A stretch of DNA of 64,000 bases from the NCBI RefSeq assembly GCF_021869535.1, contig NW_026262593.1, forward strand, positions 44,206,001 to 44,270,000, read 5' to 3'. The translations under genes were made by a program, and so were the position numbers. The notes below the pieces were generated by a model, which saw only the letters and a list, made by a program, of their open reading frames with translations, had not been told where the DNA came from and did no database searches. Each line of letters starts with the position of its first letter. Within the stretch, counting starts at the first letter, position 1. This DNA comes from Mytilus californianus. Taxonomy: Eukaryota. Below, piece by piece: positions 62,132 through 64,000 of this stretch.

Positions 62132-62490
62132 CATCATCTTGAATATTACATTTTCGGCTATATGTTATTGCAATCATCTTTGAATATTACATTTTGGGCG
62201 ATGTTATTACAATCATCTTCAAATAATACATTTACGGCAATGTTATTATAATCATCTTTAAATATTACATTTACGGCAATGTTTATTACAATTATCTTTA
62301 AATATTGCATTTACGGCAATTATTTTACAATCATGCTAAAATATAACAACTACGGCAATGTTTTTACAATCATAATAAATGATTAAATGTATGGCGATAT
62401 TATAACAATAATCTTTAGATATTACATTCACTGCAATGTTATTACAGTCATCTCTAAATATCAAATGAACGGAGCAATGTTTTTAAAAAT
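62132..62490. repeat. 39-bp minisatellite, ~9 degenerate copies
   Basis: Consensus AATCATCTTTAAATATTACATTTACGGCAATGTTATTAC. Confidence 0.85.
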
Positions 62491-64000
62491 ACGTTAAAAT
62501 AGTACATTTTATGACAATGTTAATATATCTGTCAAATAGATATATCATATACTAGTCAACAAAAGTAACGATACACAAGTTTGAACTCCAATTTATCATA
62601 AAATGTAATAAAAAGAAAAAACTGTTAAATTATCCAATGAAAAACATTGTGAGAAAATACCGTGTTATTGAACACAGGGGTCAAATTTATTTTGCGAAAA
62701 ACGATGTCAAAAGTCGGCACTTAATTTTGAAGATGAGAATTAAGTATTCAAATATCTGCAAAGGCCTTCAAAATTTTAAGCAGACCATGTTCAAGTTTAG
62801 AGTTTTAAGTCCTAATATCGATTTTTGAATTTTTGGGCGAAAATACGATTTTTGAAATATCAAAAAATTTTGAAATATCAAAAATTACAACAACAAAAAA
62901 TTCGCGTATTTGCCTTAAATCAATGGGTTTGATAAGAAAATAACGCTCTGTAAATATAAGACCAATTGGGCAATTATGTACCTTGGTACACTACATCCAA
63001 TTAGGATTATGTTCTTTTAATCATATAGAAATGTTACATTTTAGTGCAGCGGTTTTTTTCTCTCAAGTTCAATTGAAACAGAAGCAGTTAAACCTGGGAT
63101 GTGTTACTATTACACTGTTACAAGATTTCCTGATATACCTCTATTTTCATTGTATTTTATTTTATTATCAATTTTTCATCAATGAAATTACAGTCTCTCC
63201 TTTGATCAAATTTTTAGCTATTATTTATTTATTTCGCAAGTTGAAATCTACGATAGCATGAATTTGATGAAAGCAAAAACCTTTTGTATACATCTGGATA
63301 ATTGCACATGTTCTGTTTCAAAGTTGCAAAAACTCTCAGATAGTTGTAGACAGATATACAATGAAGCTTCTTTCTTTTATGCTTGTTTTATGAAATGTCA
63401 ACACCTGCAACCCGCCTTCAAAAACTATGATATGATGCTGTTTGATAACATGACGTAGGTGTCATCATTCGATTATTAATTCTTCTGATAGCCTTGAATA
63501 TAGTAAATTGAAACTGCATCGGTTCTCAAAAGCTAGGAATTGAAATGTTATGTTTGTTGATGTTAAAGAAGAATTGCACTCGTATTTCGTACATTAAGAC
63601 TTGGATTATTAGAACAACTATTGAACCTCTTGTCAGTTATATTTTCTTTGGTGCCAGTTCTTTTCAGCATAAGGACTTCTATGAACTACTTTCCAAAAAG
63701 GTATTTAATGATACAAAGGATTGTTTACTCCGTCGTCATTTTTAACTCTGTTTGCCTTAGTTCGATACTAATTAACGAATGTGTCTTCACCTTGGACGCT
63801 CTTGGCCAAATGATTGAAAAGCAAAAAACATAGAAATTCATCGAAACTATCTTTACAAATCTCTTTGACAAATATTGCTTCATACAAAAGTTTAAAATAC
63901 AATATTTTGACAATGGTGATCATAGTTTCATCATGAACAATATCGCATTCGTCGATTGTTCGCAAATACGCGTTTAAATGATTATAAAGATAGAAATCAC

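Noticed and set aside
62983-63965. Cluster of 60-92-aa ORFs at the right edge
   Set aside because: Low-complexity AT-rich translations on both strands, with no motif or consistent splice structure.

Overview
AT-rich eukaryotic genomic DNA. The repeat landscape (HINE/Helentron-like elements with microsatellite cores, TTAA/TTA/TA MITEs, tRNA-derived SINEs) and the gene content point to a marine bivalve, probably Mytilus or a relative; this is inferred, not database-checked. Main content: (1) The 5' end of a minus-strand calsyntenin-like gene, with a signal-peptide exon at 19110-19044 and a cadherin-repeat exon at 2165-2016, joined in phase across a ~16.9 kb intron. That intron holds a decayed THAP + DDE_Tnp_4 (ISL2EU/PIF-Harbinger-type) transposase gene and many repeats. 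(2) An intact plus-strand RING-less TRIM-like gene (2 B-boxes, coiled coil, NHL-type beta-propeller; main coding exon 27141-28866). It sits in a ~6 kb unit (24555-30566) that is tandemly duplicated (31196-35996); the second copy is a pseudogene. Both copies carry a 25-bp intronic minisatellite of very different length. (3) A repeat-dense, apparently gene-poor right half with MITEs, hairpin elements, an inverted fragment related to the TRIM 3' flank, and an 87-bp tandem array. No rRNA, tRNA gene or CRISPR array was found. Most short ORFs in the supplied track are repeat-derived, shadow or chance ORFs. All alignments and coordinates were made by eye; repeat boundaries are approximate.
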